Positions 30,305-40,809 of a stretch of 64,000 nucleotides of DNA are shown piece after piece. Below the pieces are notes generated by a model. It did no database searches. It was given only the letters and a program-made list of their open reading frames with translations, and had not been told where the DNA came from. The position numbers and the translations under genes were made by a program. This DNA comes from a virus (lineage: Duplodnaviria; Caudoviricetes). The stretch spans positions 4,213 through 68,212 of the IMG/VR virus record IMGVR_UViG_3300028591_000198; one strand, given 5' to 3'. Every line of letters starts with the position of its first letter. Position 1 is the first letter of the stretch.

Positions 30305-30519
30305 TCGAACGATCCTCCCATTGAGATTTTTGCTGTGATTCTTGTTTTTGTGCATAGTATTGCTCACGAATTGGATTGTAATTATCCACGACGTATGCGA
30401 TACCATTTCTCTGTATATACACATGGATGAAAACGTTCAGTTGTGTACATTGAACGCTTTCATTAGACGAGCGAATGATCATATTTTTATATTCCTTTCA
30501 TATATGAGAAATTACCCAT

Positions 30520-30747
30520 TTAAGAAAGTTCATCCACTAACTCGTCAATTGCCGTGCTATTGAACATCTGGTGAGCATTATTGGTATTTTGCGTATTGAT
30601 CGAATTCATCTGCGAATACTGTTGTTTCGCCTGATGTTCCTTCTGAATTCGTCGAAGCTCTCGGAGACGGATTACAAATTTCCGTGGAAATTGTAAGAGT
30701 GTATCAACAGGGATACATCGATTGAACAGTTCGCCTAATTCAATCAA
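30520..30747 (-). CDS. small protein coupled to the upstream gene, possible baseplate/tail assembly chaperone
   Basis: TTG start overlaps the TGA of the upstream gene; the arrangement resembles T4 gp26/gp51. Confidence 0.55.
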   Translation of the reverse strand: MIELGELFNRCIPVDTLLQFPRKFVIRLRELRRIQKEHQAKQQYSQMNSINTQNTNNAHQMFNSTAIDELVDELS

Positions 30748-32501
30748 TTCGACTCCATCTCGGTCAATTTTATTTCGGTAGATGACAGCCTCCGAGCAAG
30801 TTGGAAAATCAGTGTCTGGCCGATATCCGGAATCGGAACACGATCTTCATGACGTCCACACTTTTCGCATGTGAAGTTCTCCAGATAGAACTCCATCGGA
30901 GAAATCGTGGATCCAGCAACCTTATTTACGAGCTGCATCAGAATTGCGGCATCACGCATATCAAGAGATGTGGTGATGATCTTTTCAATATCATCCCAGT
31001 TGTCATAACGATATTCGGTTCCATCCTTAATGATAGAGATTGCGGTAACGAACATCGCATGTGCAACCAGATAAGAATATTCCGCATTGTTCTCTTCGAT
31101 TTCATCATCTGTGAGATTCTCGGAACCGTTACCGTTATAACGATTTCTGAGTTCATCCATCAGAGGATATCTTCTGTTGAGGAAATCATATGCGGAAGGA
31201 CGATCATCAATTTCAACAATGAACTTGGAATTCGGAAGCTCGTAACGACGAACAGTTGAATTCAATTCATTATAATGATCGATTGCTGCCTGACCCGGAG
31301 CTACAGATCCTGTCTTTTCCCACTGATACTTCTTGATCAGTTCATCATTGACATGGATGATGGTTCTCGGGTTATATTTGATTTCGTGCTCATGACGACA
31401 CTTCGGGTTTGCACAACGAAGTGTGACACTCTCTTCTTCATCAGAAGCAGCAAGCAGAATACCCCACATGAGAAGTTCTCTGTCGGAATACTTCGTCTTC
31501 TTCAAGAAGTCCTCGAAGTTTTTGAATTCTCCGATAGATACATTCTTAACATGATTGAAGATAATCGACCATTGCTTCTTATCAGCATCAACACGATTTC
31601 CGGATGCGGGGTTGGAACCGAGCTGAATGAACTCGAAATAGTTCACAGGACGGAGCACACATCTATATCCGGAAAGCGGGAGTGTCAGCGGAACATCATA
31701 CACGTCAGAATCAAACGGTGTGATGATATTTTCTTTCTGAGAATTGTGAATAATCTTGGACGAACGGAGTTCCTTCTCAGAAACCTCAATCACTCTGATG
31801 TCAACCTGTTTGGATTTAGACATATTTGCAACAAGTGATTCATCCACGTTCACAGTCACAGGAGTGTTCGGTTCCACATTCACAGTAATCTGGACAGGTT
31901 CATCAGAAGGACCTTTCGGTTCCTCTTTCTCTTCAGGCTTTTCACGATGATTATCATCATCCAGGTTACCTTCCTCAAGAGAAGGATCCACATAGCCTTC
32001 CCAGTTATCCAGAACAAGTCGTTCAAATTCCGGTGTGATGGTTTCACCATTCAGATGATACTGTTCCATCAATTCACCCATGACATGCATCTTAAGATCA
32101 GGATCTTCTTTGGATGCAGTCTTGAGTCCACCAGACGTCAGATTATGGCGACGTGCAACTTCATCAACCATGTTCGAGACAATCTGAAGATTTGTGGTCT
32201 GGAATTCAATGGCTTCTTTCTGGAAATCTTTATCCAGTGATTGTGGAGGCATCTGTACTTTCAGTTCCTCCGCCTTTGCAGCAAGTGCTTCTGCACGTCT
32301 TGCTTCTTTCGCTGCTTCGATTGCAGCGTCTTCTTCTGCCATCTCTTTTTCGAGATCATGAACACCATACTCATCTTCTTCCTGTGCAGGCTTTTCGGAT
32401 GTTGTATCATTGGTATTCACTGGAGTCTCTTCGCCAAGAGCGTTGGCATGTCTGCCCATCAGATCCAACAGCGGATCATCAAACGATTGGTTCTTATCCA
32501 T
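30744..32501 (-). CDS. baseplate hub assembly protein (T4 gp26-like) with acidic N-terminus
   Basis: LTLPLSG...LRP, CANPKC and CEKC Cys pairs; RBS AAAGGAG. Confidence 0.55.
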   Translation of the reverse strand: MDKNQSFDDPLLDLMGRHANALGEETPVNTNDTTSEKPAQEEDEYGVHDLEKEMAEEDAAIEAAKEARRAEALAAKAEELKVQMPPQSLDKDFQKEAIEFQTTNLQIVSNMVDEVARRHNLTSGGLKTASKEDPDLKMHVMGELMEQYHLNGETITPEFERLVLDNWEGYVDPSLEEGNLDDDNHREKPEEKEEPKGPSDEPVQITVNVEPNTPVTVNVDESLVANMSKSKQVDIRVIEVSEKELRSSKIIHNSQKENIITPFDSDVYDVPLTLPLSGYRCVLRPVNYFEFIQLGSNPASGNRVDADKKQWSIIFNHVKNVSIGEFKNFEDFLKKTKYSDRELLMWGILLAASDEEESVTLRCANPKCRHEHEIKYNPRTIIHVNDELIKKYQWEKTGSVAPGQAAIDHYNELNSTVRRYELPNSKFIVEIDDRPSAYDFLNRRYPLMDELRNRYNGNGSENLTDDEIEENNAEYSYLVAHAMFVTAISIIKDGTEYRYDNWDDIEKIITTSLDMRDAAILMQLVNKVAGSTISPMEFYLENFTCEKCGRHEDRVPIPDIGQTLIFQLARRLSSTEIKLTEMESN

Positions 32502-32602
32502 TAATGAATTCTCCTTTATCAAGAAATTATTCCAGACAAAAACATATATGGTTAAAATGACATATAGTGATTCTGTATGAAATTATAAGGAGTGTATTAA
32601 CT

Positions 32603-33325
32603 ATGAGCACGTTTAATCGTGAAAATGAATCTGATATGTATAAAACAATTCAATGGATGAATCCAAATATCCAATATGTATTCAGAAAGAATGTTGTAGA
32701 ATACGATATGCAATCAGCATCTTTGTCTGTATCCAGACGATTTCATTTATTGGATGATGCATTGATCGATACATACGAACGCATGCCAAAAGATAAACGT
32801 ACAAAAGCCATTGGTTTGATTCAAAGGGATGATAAAGAATATTCTGAAAAGATGATCAATGGAATCTTACAAACACGAAAAGAATTCTTACAAATGAATC
32901 GACTAGATGAATCAAATATCATATCATTACATTCAGATGCGATTATGTTTATTCAAACAGATGATATCATTGATCATGTTGATAATGTGCCTTTCATTAA
33001 AAAGAATACATGGACAGGATACATGCGATATGATCGTGTTGAGATGTTCTATTCAGATGGTGTTGTGGAATATAAAGGTATCCCAAAACAAATGTTGCAG
33101 CAACATACAATGGGGATGTGTCAGCACATACTGAATATATTCAACAAGATTGATCAATGTGATGATGACATCTATCAATATTTAAGAAAGTTTCAAAGAC
33201 AATATTTACAGAATAAACTTCCGGAATATTATTATCTTCCATTTGGAAATACCGGAAAGTTTATGTATGAGAATTTGAAATTACTATCATTTTTGGCCCA
33301 GGTTGTAATGCATGAAATGAGGTGA
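32603..33325 (+). CDS. putative divergent family-B DNA polymerase palm subunit
   Basis: EYDMQSA (motif A-like) and SLHSDAIMF (motif C-like) in only about 240 aa. Confidence 0.45.
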   Translation: MSTFNRENESDMYKTIQWMNPNIQYVFRKNVVEYDMQSASLSVSRRFHLLDDALIDTYERMPKDKRTKAIGLIQRDDKEYSEKMINGILQTRKEFLQMNRLDESNIISLHSDAIMFIQTDDIIDHVDNVPFIKKNTWTGYMRYDRVEMFYSDGVVEYKGIPKQMLQQHTMGMCQHILNIFNKIDQCDDDIYQYLRKFQRQYLQNKLPEYYYLPFGNTGKFMYENLKLLSFLAQVVMHEMR

Positions 33326-33329
33326 ATTT

Positions 33330-33977
33330 ATGATACAGCCGTTATATGTGTTCAAATGGAAAACCATCAATGGAAAAAATTCAAATGAAGTATTCACATA
33401 TGACAGGAATGATATGATATTATTTTTATCACAGCATGGATTTTCAACAGAAGAAAATAACAATGTGACAGTTGTGATGGATGATGTGGCACGAGACGAT
33501 ATCAATTATATTCGAATCTATACATTTGGATCCAGAAAGAGAGATCGGTTTTATCGAATTGCAACAACTGAAACAATCATGTCAACAATCGTAATGGATG
33601 TTGGTGCAGAATTATCAGACGCCATGACATTTGGTGCATGTGCATTGAGAGGAGAAATCGAAATCTTTCATAAGATTGATAAATTGATTCAATCATTGGA
33701 TTATGTGTATATCATGGATGGTTACATTGCTTCTATGAATGAAACGGATGAATATTATGACAGATATCATGAGAACAATGGATATCCATATTATGAAGAT
33801 ATTACAAAGAACGCAGATGATTCATTCTTATACGATTCATTATATAATGATTCTGTTCCACAGAAACCTGTACAACCATTTACCATAGAAACGTATGTAA
33901 ACATCTTTACAGATGTATATATCATCGGAAGGAGTGTTAAGCAACATGGCAAGCAAACCACAACCAACAATTTCTGA
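33330..33977 (+). CDS. hypothetical protein
   Basis: RBS GAGGTG; 215 aa. Confidence 0.75.
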   Translation: MIQPLYVFKWKTINGKNSNEVFTYDRNDMILFLSQHGFSTEENNNVTVVMDDVARDDINYIRIYTFGSRKRDRFYRIATTETIMSTIVMDVGAELSDAMTFGACALRGEIEIFHKIDKLIQSLDYVYIMDGYIASMNETDEYYDRYHENNGYPYYEDITKNADDSFLYDSLYNDSVPQKPVQPFTIETYVNIFTDVYIIGRSVKQHGKQTTTNNF

Positions 33978-34344
33978 ATTAGTGGAATCACACAAGCCAA
34001 AGAACTTCAAATATTGTTATGTATTCAAAGATGATGAATCATTAATCGAATTGGAGAAATCGGGATTTGATTTCAATCTATTGGATACAATTAACAATCC
34101 GGAATTAATGAATGCAGCAAAAGAATCATCATTCAAGTATTATGACAGAGATATCGTTGCACATGCAAAACAACCATATCCATTGGAAAAAGGTGTATTA
34201 ATGACAAAACAAATGGCAACAAAAACAGACAAGAAATTATTCCAAGTCGGAGTATCATTCTTTGATCATGATAACGTATCATATGTCGCAGTCAAATTAT
34301 GTTATGAAAAATTTGATATTTACGAAATATTTATATTAGCATGA
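33946..34344 (+). CDS. hypothetical protein
   Basis: RBS AAGGAG before ATG 33946. Confidence 0.7.
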   Translation: MASKPQPTISELVESHKPKNFKYCYVFKDDESLIELEKSGFDFNLLDTINNPELMNAAKESSFKYYDRDIVAHAKQPYPLEKGVLMTKQMATKTDKKLFQVGVSFFDHDNVSYVAVKLCYEKFDIYEIFILA

Positions 34345-34381
34345 AAATATATGTGGGGGCATTTGCCCCCACATATATTTT
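34344..34381. repeat. GGGGC/GCCCC hairpin repeat, bidirectional terminator
   Basis: Perfect 17-bp stem AAAATATATGTGGGGGC-attt-GCCCCCACATATATTTT. Confidence 0.9.
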
Positions 34382-34388
34382 TTTTTGT

Positions 34389-35498
34389 TTACGAACCAGG
34401 AGCCGCGTTGGACTCGTACGGATTCGAGATATCCGTAGAAGTACCATTCGGATCGTTGTAGATTCTGGAGTGATCGGCAGGTTCGAGGTTGTGCTCCGGA
34501 AGAGCATTGCGCTGAACTCTGCGATTGTTGGTCTTGAATACAGGAATGTTGCCAACACCAGACTGAACCGCATCGAGATCCGGTCTCTTGCCCTTGTTGA
34601 ACATATCGGTGTTGATATCGCCGTATGTAGTCGGGTTGTCGTTGGTGAAGAAAGCATCGCCTGCACCAGGGTTGTAGTTGAGCTTGTTGCCAAACACAGC
34701 AAACTGCTGAACATATCTGGCTGCAAGGTCATTTACATATGCAGACTCAACGAACTGGCAGTTGTAGCTCAGAGTCAGTGTCTGCAGAGCAGCAGTACCA
34801 GAAGCATTGGAGTTGAAGAGATCATATCCAACCTTGGCCTGAGGGATACAACCCAGAGCCATGATTGCACCTTCAACACGTGCACCAGAACGATCCAGCG
34901 CAATGATCAGGAACTCTGCAACTTCCCATGCGGGGGACGGCTCCAGAGCAACACCAGAACCAACACCAGAAGCCGGAGTAAAGATTCTCTGAGGAATCTT
35001 ATTCTCATCGACAGAACCTGCTACGAGACCCTGATAATGCGTGAGACCAGTGATCTCATCAGCAATACCATCGATCCACATGTTGTGGAAGTTTGCTGCC
35101 GGACGACCAACCAGTTCAGGAATGGTGATCTGAAGTGTCTGGTTATTGTTTGCATTCTGCTGAGTAGGAATCGGGATACTTCTGGATGCAAAACCACCCT
35201 GAAGGTTCACAGATGCCAGAGAATGGTCTCCAGCATTCACCTGGATGCCGGTGTTGTAATACTCAACCAGCTTCTTGTAAGTGGTGAATTCCTTATTCGT
35301 ATATGCGTTGGTGCCATCACCGAAGTAATGCATCAAGAAATAAGGTCCGCGATACATGACGCATATAACACGGTTTGTAGTTTCGGGGTTCAGACTCCGG
35401 AGTGTATGAACATCCGGAGTCAGACCGCCGAGCATACCTGTATACTGTGAAAGATCGCCATTGTATTCGCGAATACCAGTTTGCAAGCTAATCGGCAT
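34389..35498 (-). CDS. probable tail tube protein
   Basis: Directly downstream of the sheath gene; high-expression codon bias; QITIPEL...HNMWIDGI tube-like motif. Confidence 0.6.
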   Translation of the reverse strand: MPISLQTGIREYNGDLSQYTGMLGGLTPDVHTLRSLNPETTNRVICVMYRGPYFLMHYFGDGTNAYTNKEFTTYKKLVEYYNTGIQVNAGDHSLASVNLQGGFASRSIPIPTQQNANNNQTLQITIPELVGRPAANFHNMWIDGIADEITGLTHYQGLVAGSVDENKIPQRIFTPASGVGSGVALEPSPAWEVAEFLIIALDRSGARVEGAIMALGCIPQAKVGYDLFNSNASGTAALQTLTLSYNCQFVESAYVNDLAARYVQQFAVFGNKLNYNPGAGDAFFTNDNPTTYGDINTDMFNKGKRPDLDAVQSGVGNIPVFKTNNRRVQRNALPEHNLEPADHSRIYNDPNGTSTDISNPYESNAAPGS

Positions 35499-35522
35499 AG
35501 TTATTCTCTCCTTTCATTAGAA

Positions 35523-38500
35523 TCAGGTCGTGATTTCACGTCTGTTGACATTCACGATGACAGGAATACGGAGATTGATGCCACGGAATACAACATCCAC
35601 GTAGCAGACAACGAGTTCGCCGCCATCGAGCGGGTTGATATCGCGATCAAACGTGATGTTGAGCGATTCAACGAGATTTCCGCTCCAGTTCGAGAACATG
35701 TTGTTCACTTCGTCACTCATGGTTCTGAGGACAGAATCATCATTGTACTCAAACAGCTTCTCTTCGAGCTTGTTCTGAAGCAGGTAGCAAAGCTGTGAAA
35801 GCGTACGCATATTGGACTCTTGGATCAGATCGGATGTATCCGAACCTCTCATGAGAGTTCTCTGAGAACGACGCATCAGAACACCGTTGACATCAGGCAG
35901 CCAAGCATTACCGCCAGAATTGTACATCAGTGCACGATACTCCCAGTCGGTTGTATCGATATCCGGGAAGTAAGAGGAATACTCTTCCTTACGGATCTGC
36001 GTATACAGATTGGTGAACGGCTTGTTGACTGTGTAGGTCTTGCAGTGAGCGATCAACGAATCGACGATCTTCTTGGTGAAGGTATAGGTGATACCATCAG
36101 CCGTAGAAACATAACCACCAATATCCCAAGATGCATTCGGGTTATCGAAACGCTTCTTGAAGGAATTGTTGATAGCTGTTGCGGTTGTGGTATCGGTGTA
36201 ACCGGAGTCGAGGTGGAGTGACAAACCAGAACCAGGTCCGATCGGTCTCTTGTCTTCCGGAATACCCTGATAAATACGATGATCCATCAGATCATACATT
36301 GCCTGCTTGACGTCGATGTCAGCATCACCACTCCAGCCCTTAACGATGTCAGGATTGAAGAGAACTTCATCCTTCTCGTCTTCGGTGAAGACAGTAGATG
36401 CAGCAACCAGATCAGCTGCAGAGTAAGCCATTGTCGGCAGAATCATCTGACCAACAATTGTGTTCGTTGCACCATCAAAGAGGTACTTTGCAGGAGTACG
36501 AACAGGTGACAGAATACGAGGATCAATCTGACCTCTGTATGCTGCGCACAGAAGCTGTGAATACTTCCACTTGAATTCAATCGTGGAGATATCTTCATCG
36601 AAGAATCCGGTAGAACCATCCTCGAGCTTAACGCCACCACCCTGAGATGTCAGGTTGATACCGTACTCAGAAGAGTAGTAGTTCTTCTTGACATCAATGG
36701 TCAGCTGCTGAATTCTGAAGAGAGAACCGAGCGTTCCGGTGACAGAATATCTGGTGATATCATCTGCACATCTCTCATCGATGATCTGCTCGAAATCATT
36801 CTGAAGCATCTTTGTGAACTGAGCATCCGTCCTTCCAGGAACGGTTGCATCAGTGCCGGAGATCGCAATCCAAGCACCAGTACCAGAAGCCTGCTCATAC
36901 CAGCGCATGATCTGAATAGACTCTGTAGCAGCAACGATATCATTGACCGCAGCATATGTACTGTTTGCATATTTGTACCACTTAGCAGTACCGCCAAGGT
37001 CATAATAGAGATCGTTTTCATTTGCAGGAATCTCTGTTGTATGTTCAGAATCCTCATAGAACTTGGATGCATTGTAGTATCCACGATAGACATTTCTTGC
37101 AAGGAACATCTTCAGGCCGCCCGAAGTAGGAAGACCGTTATGGAATGCTGCAGTAACTTCACCGTTCTTGAAGATCTTGAGGTCATACTTGTTTGTACCT
37201 TCTGCCTTAGCCGGTTCAAACAGAACAAGGCTCTGTTCACCGTCTGCGGTAGGCATGTACATACCGATCTTTGCTCCATTATAAGCAGTGAGATCAACTG
37301 TAGATGTGACGTGAAGCATACCATCCGAACCAGCATCATACAGCTTGTATGGAGTGGAATTGTTTGGTGTGCATTTGATCGCATCGAATTGTGTTCCGAT
37401 GACATCGTTTGTAAGCGGAACAACCTTTGACTGAGGTGCACCATACTTCATGATGCTGGCTTTTGTACGATTCGTGACGACATAGAAAGAAGTCTCAGTG
37501 TATTCTCCGTTCACATAAACAGGAGCATTCGCCTTCGCTGTCGGGTCATCAGCGCCAGACTCAAGCCATGCAACCGTTTTATTGATAACGGTAGCACCAG
37601 CTCTGTTGTAAGCCGCGTCATTCTCGTCGAATCCGATCAGATTTCCGACATTCGGGATATCAGTCCACTTGATGAAGTTGTAGTTGGTGATTGTATACTG
37701 CTTCACATACGGTGCAGCAGTCGATGTCTGCAGTGTTCCACCATTCCTTACAAAGTTATATGTGCCAGGAACGATGTAGAAGAGGTCCCAAGTACCATCT
37801 TCGTTTGTCTGATTACGCCATGCAACAGACTCACCATCCTTGACATATTGCTTTGTGACGGAGGTTGTCAACTGTGCATAGAACGAATCGATATTATCTG
37901 CAACAATGATTGTTGCGAGTCTTGATGTCTCGGAAGGAGAATTCGGAGATACAAGCTGATTCGTTCTGACAGTTGTTACAGCGCCGGTGAACTGATTAAT
38001 TGAAGCAACCACGTAAATATACGGATTGTTCAGAGAAGCCAGACCACTGTACAGATACAGGTCGCCGATATAAGTGTTGTATGTCTTACCGTTCATAGCA
38101 ACACCGGCAGTTACATCAAGGAGCTTATCGGCAATCTTGGTAACTTCATATTTTGTCTGATCAACACTGGGATCGCTGACTTCAGATGAATTGTAGCAGA
38201 TGCGATTGGTCTCATTGAGTTCCGGAACATCTGCAGAACGCATGTCAACCTGGAAGAACGGAAGCTTCTGGGTCTCATCAGTTCCTTCCCAGAGGTACAG
38301 ACCGAAGATCGGGTCAAAGATGTTGATCGACAGTGATCTGTAAGCTTTGTTGATTGCATCAGTGATGATGATGTCATCATCATTGTCTTCCATCAGCTCA
38401 GTGAATCTTGCATAATATTCATTATACAGCTCACGAACAGCAGCTTCATTCAGATACGGAACAACAACAGAAGAACCCGGAGCACGCTTCTTGATCACAA

Positions 38501-39248
38501 CATTAACCGGATCGATATAATCTTCCCGTCTGTTGTTTTCGTTGATCAGAGAAGCATAGAACTGTTCAACAGTTGAGTTGATAGTGGTGTCAATCGTAGA
38601 GAACAGATACCGAACATTGGACGGCTTCTTCCCCTGGATCGTCATATTGATTGCGGTTGTGAAGTTATTGTATGCGGAACCACGACCTGCGGAAATATTC
38701 ACCATGAATGCACGTCTTGTCCACTTATTACCTTCAGAATCCTCAACATTATCAGCCGTTGCGGATTTGATGATAGCTGCTGCTAAACGATCCTTATTCT
38801 TATACTGCTGCAGATCACGATCATTGTTCAGTCTTGCCGTATTGAATCGGACATGCATTGTCGGTTCCGGACCATCCGGATCCCAACGCCATTCAATCGT
38901 GACACATGAGTATGCATACGTTGCATCCGCCGGTGTAACACGGAGCAGCTGAATCGGTGCACCCTGATCAATCAATGATACCGGATAAGTGATTGTCTGA
39001 CCATACTTCTCAATATCAGAAGAACTGATTCGATTGAGTCCATATGCGACATTCAAAATATCCGAACGTGAGATACCGATCACACGGTTGTCTTCACCCA
39101 TCGGCATACCAGACACAACCAGTGTTCCATACATTGACGGATCGTCTGCAATAACAACAGGCAGATCACCTGTGTACGCAGAGTTGTCAACAATGTGTAC
39201 CAGTACGTGAGGCATTGGGTATTTCAAACCATACTTCGTCTCAAGCAT
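35523..39248 (-). CDS. contractile tail sheath protein (enlarged)
   Basis: C-terminal ESNMRTL...LFEYND...CYVDVVFRGI sheath motifs; N-terminal PHVLVHIVDNS; 1241 aa. Confidence 0.8.
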   Translation of the reverse strand: MLETKYGLKYPMPHVLVHIVDNSAYTGDLPVVIADDPSMYGTLVVSGMPMGEDNRVIGISRSDILNVAYGLNRISSSDIEKYGQTITYPVSLIDQGAPIQLLRVTPADATYAYSCVTIEWRWDPDGPEPTMHVRFNTARLNNDRDLQQYKNKDRLAAAIIKSATADNVEDSEGNKWTRRAFMVNISAGRGSAYNNFTTAINMTIQGKKPSNVRYLFSTIDTTINSTVEQFYASLINENNRREDYIDPVNVVIKKRAPGSSVVVPYLNEAAVRELYNEYYARFTELMEDNDDDIIITDAINKAYRSLSINIFDPIFGLYLWEGTDETQKLPFFQVDMRSADVPELNETNRICYNSSEVSDPSVDQTKYEVTKIADKLLDVTAGVAMNGKTYNTYIGDLYLYSGLASLNNPYIYVVASINQFTGAVTTVRTNQLVSPNSPSETSRLATIIVADNIDSFYAQLTTSVTKQYVKDGESVAWRNQTNEDGTWDLFYIVPGTYNFVRNGGTLQTSTAAPYVKQYTITNYNFIKWTDIPNVGNLIGFDENDAAYNRAGATVINKTVAWLESGADDPTAKANAPVYVNGEYTETSFYVVTNRTKASIMKYGAPQSKVVPLTNDVIGTQFDAIKCTPNNSTPYKLYDAGSDGMLHVTSTVDLTAYNGAKIGMYMPTADGEQSLVLFEPAKAEGTNKYDLKIFKNGEVTAAFHNGLPTSGGLKMFLARNVYRGYYNASKFYEDSEHTTEIPANENDLYYDLGGTAKWYKYANSTYAAVNDIVAATESIQIMRWYEQASGTGAWIAISGTDATVPGRTDAQFTKMLQNDFEQIIDERCADDITRYSVTGTLGSLFRIQQLTIDVKKNYYSSEYGINLTSQGGGVKLEDGSTGFFDEDISTIEFKWKYSQLLCAAYRGQIDPRILSPVRTPAKYLFDGATNTIVGQMILPTMAYSAADLVAASTVFTEDEKDEVLFNPDIVKGWSGDADIDVKQAMYDLMDHRIYQGIPEDKRPIGPGSGLSLHLDSGYTDTTTATAINNSFKKRFDNPNASWDIGGYVSTADGITYTFTKKIVDSLIAHCKTYTVNKPFTNLYTQIRKEEYSSYFPDIDTTDWEYRALMYNSGGNAWLPDVNGVLMRRSQRTLMRGSDTSDLIQESNMRTLSQLCYLLQNKLEEKLFEYNDDSVLRTMSDEVNNMFSNWSGNLVESLNITFDRDINPLDGGELVVCYVDVVFRGINLRIPVIVNVNRREITT

Positions 39249-39372
39249 TGGATTATCTCTCCTTTTCTATAGAATAAAGGTAAAATAATGAGGTAATTAA
39301 TGGAGAAACATGCATGAAGAATCGCATTCCATGCAAGGAGACCCCACAATTAACATTTTGTGTGAGGACCAC

Positions 39373-39402
39373 TATATGCAGGGGGACATCCCCCTGCATA
39401 TA
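39373..39402. repeat. hairpin repeat between co-directional genes
   Basis: TATATGCAGGGGG-acat-CCCCCTGCATATA. Confidence 0.85.
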
Positions 39403-39413
39403 ATTCTATACTA

Positions 39414-40379
39414 TTATAATTCATCACGATCTTTGATTGGAAAAGACACCATTAATTCATCAATTGCTCGTTTTGCTTGACGATCAACCGATTTAATCTT
39501 TGTTGTAGGATTTGGATAATCTGGCAAGATTTCTCCCGTGGAAGATAATGTGACGAATTCTGTATCTGTATCGGAATCACCAACAACGACATATGTTGTG
39601 GGTTCGTCTGATTCAAATTTTGTTGAACCGACGATAGAACCTTCATCAACAATATTATTCAAAACATCTGATGCTTGGTCCAAATCAGCTGTTGGATAAT
39701 TTCCATTGGCCGGAATATTTGATGTATCCGTGTCAGGAATATTATCAAAGATAGAATCCATGATACTTCTACCGACATCAAATGCAGAAGCACTTCTTCC
39801 AGGAACTGTGTTAGCGGCTGCAGGACCACCACCAGTTTGTTGTTGTTTAATCTTCAATTCAGCAATACTTTTGCGAACTGCAATTTGTTCTTTCTCAATA
39901 TTTGCCAATGTGGAACGAGCTGATGTCAATGCTTGCATGGCTTCAATGTCATCCTCGTTTACACCAAACTTGCCTTTGTCTGTCAGACTTTCCATAAATT
40001 TCCTCTCGAAAATCTTAATTGTTTTTGCCTGATCAGCAGCAAGTGTTTTCAATGCAGCAATATTTGTTGTGAAGATTTTATTCGGATCCAGTTTGTCACG
40101 AAGCGGACCCATCTCCATTCCCGCATACAGTGATTGCATGATGTCTGATGAAGCTCCCCAATGGGCACTTGCGTATGGTGCAATAAACCCATCCATATTC
40201 GGATTGAACCGTTGTCTCAATACGAGTTGATTATAACGATCCTCCCATGTAGATGGATCCGCAGCAGAATTTGTCCAAACATCTCCATTATCATGACCGG
40301 TTACAATATCGAAATTTCCACTATCTTCAAATGGTTGATGTTCGTTCATCATTCTCATTGCATCTAATGTTGAACTCAT
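39414..40379 (-). CDS. hypothetical protein
   Basis: RBS AAAGGAG before ATG 40379; central coiled coil. Confidence 0.75.
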   Translation of the reverse strand: MSSTLDAMRMMNEHQPFEDSGNFDIVTGHDNGDVWTNSAADPSTWEDRYNQLVLRQRFNPNMDGFIAPYASAHWGASSDIMQSLYAGMEMGPLRDKLDPNKIFTTNIAALKTLAADQAKTIKIFERKFMESLTDKGKFGVNEDDIEAMQALTSARSTLANIEKEQIAVRKSIAELKIKQQQTGGGPAAANTVPGRSASAFDVGRSIMDSIFDNIPDTDTSNIPANGNYPTADLDQASDVLNNIVDEGSIVGSTKFESDEPTTYVVVGDSDTDTEFVTLSSTGEILPDYPNPTTKIKSVDRQAKRAIDELMVSFPIKDRDEL

Positions 40380-40560
40380 ATCAGAATCTCCTTTCATCAA
40401 AAAAAAAAATAAATCGATTTCTCGATTATATTGTTGAGTTTCTAAAAATGAATAAACCATAAGGATTTATCGTCGCGAAAAACGTAATCCTATTCATTCT
40501 TTTTTATCATTTTTATTCATTTTCCCTATATCTAATATAACATATGAATCCTGGCTCCGC

Positions 40561-40584
40561 CAGATTAAAAATATACATATGAAA
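40561..40584 (-). promoter_or_regulatory. putative early-type promoter, copy 3
   Basis: TTTCATATGTATATTTTTAATCTG. Confidence 0.5.
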
Positions 40585-40585
40585 A

Positions 40586-40627
40586 AAAAATAAAATATCG
40601 ATAAAATAATCTCGATATTTTATTTTT
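40586..40627. terminator. AT-rich 16-bp hairpin, probable terminator
   Basis: AAAAATAAAATATCGA-N10-TCGATATTTTATTTTT. Confidence 0.6.
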
Positions 40628-40641
40628 TGTAATTAGACACA

Positions 40642-40809
40642 TTAGAATACATCCGACTTATGTAAGCCGAATGTATGGTTGATTGCAATCAATGTATCTT
40701 TGATAACATTGATGGGTGCTGTGGTTGTGTTACAGCTTTCAACCATTGTGTCTGTTCTTGCTTCCGATGACCGGTAATCATCAGATGTCAGGATATGACA
40801 GTCGTACAT
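40642..40809 (-). CDS. 55-aa micro-protein MYDCHILTSDDY...HKSDVF
   Basis: Read by hand; GAAGGTGGTG before ATG; degenerate promoter motif at 40856-40835. Confidence 0.55.
   Translation of the reverse strand: MYDCHILTSDDYRSSEARTDTMVESCNTTTAPINVIKDTLIAINHTFGLHKSDVF

Noticed and set aside
30520-30760. Programmed frameshift fusing the two chaperone-like genes (lambda G/GT style)
   Set aside because: No X XXY YYZ slippery heptamer near the junction; a simple TTGA stop/start overlap explains it
34341-35450. Long antisense ORFs in the track (e.g. 34341-35450 +, 2997-4094 -, 8008-8478 +, 798-1304 -)
   Set aside because: They are shadows of real genes on the opposite strand, with no RBS and atypical composition
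39290-39372. Separate ncRNA upstream of the sheath gene
   Set aside because: Only one modest stem (TGCATG/CATGCA, 39311-39335); best explained as an ordinary 5' leader of an abundant late mRNA
40760-40795. Hammerhead ribozyme (CTGATGA on the minus strand)
   Set aside because: The CTGATGA simply pairs with TCATCGG in a hairpin; no GAAA core or stems I/III are arranged correctly
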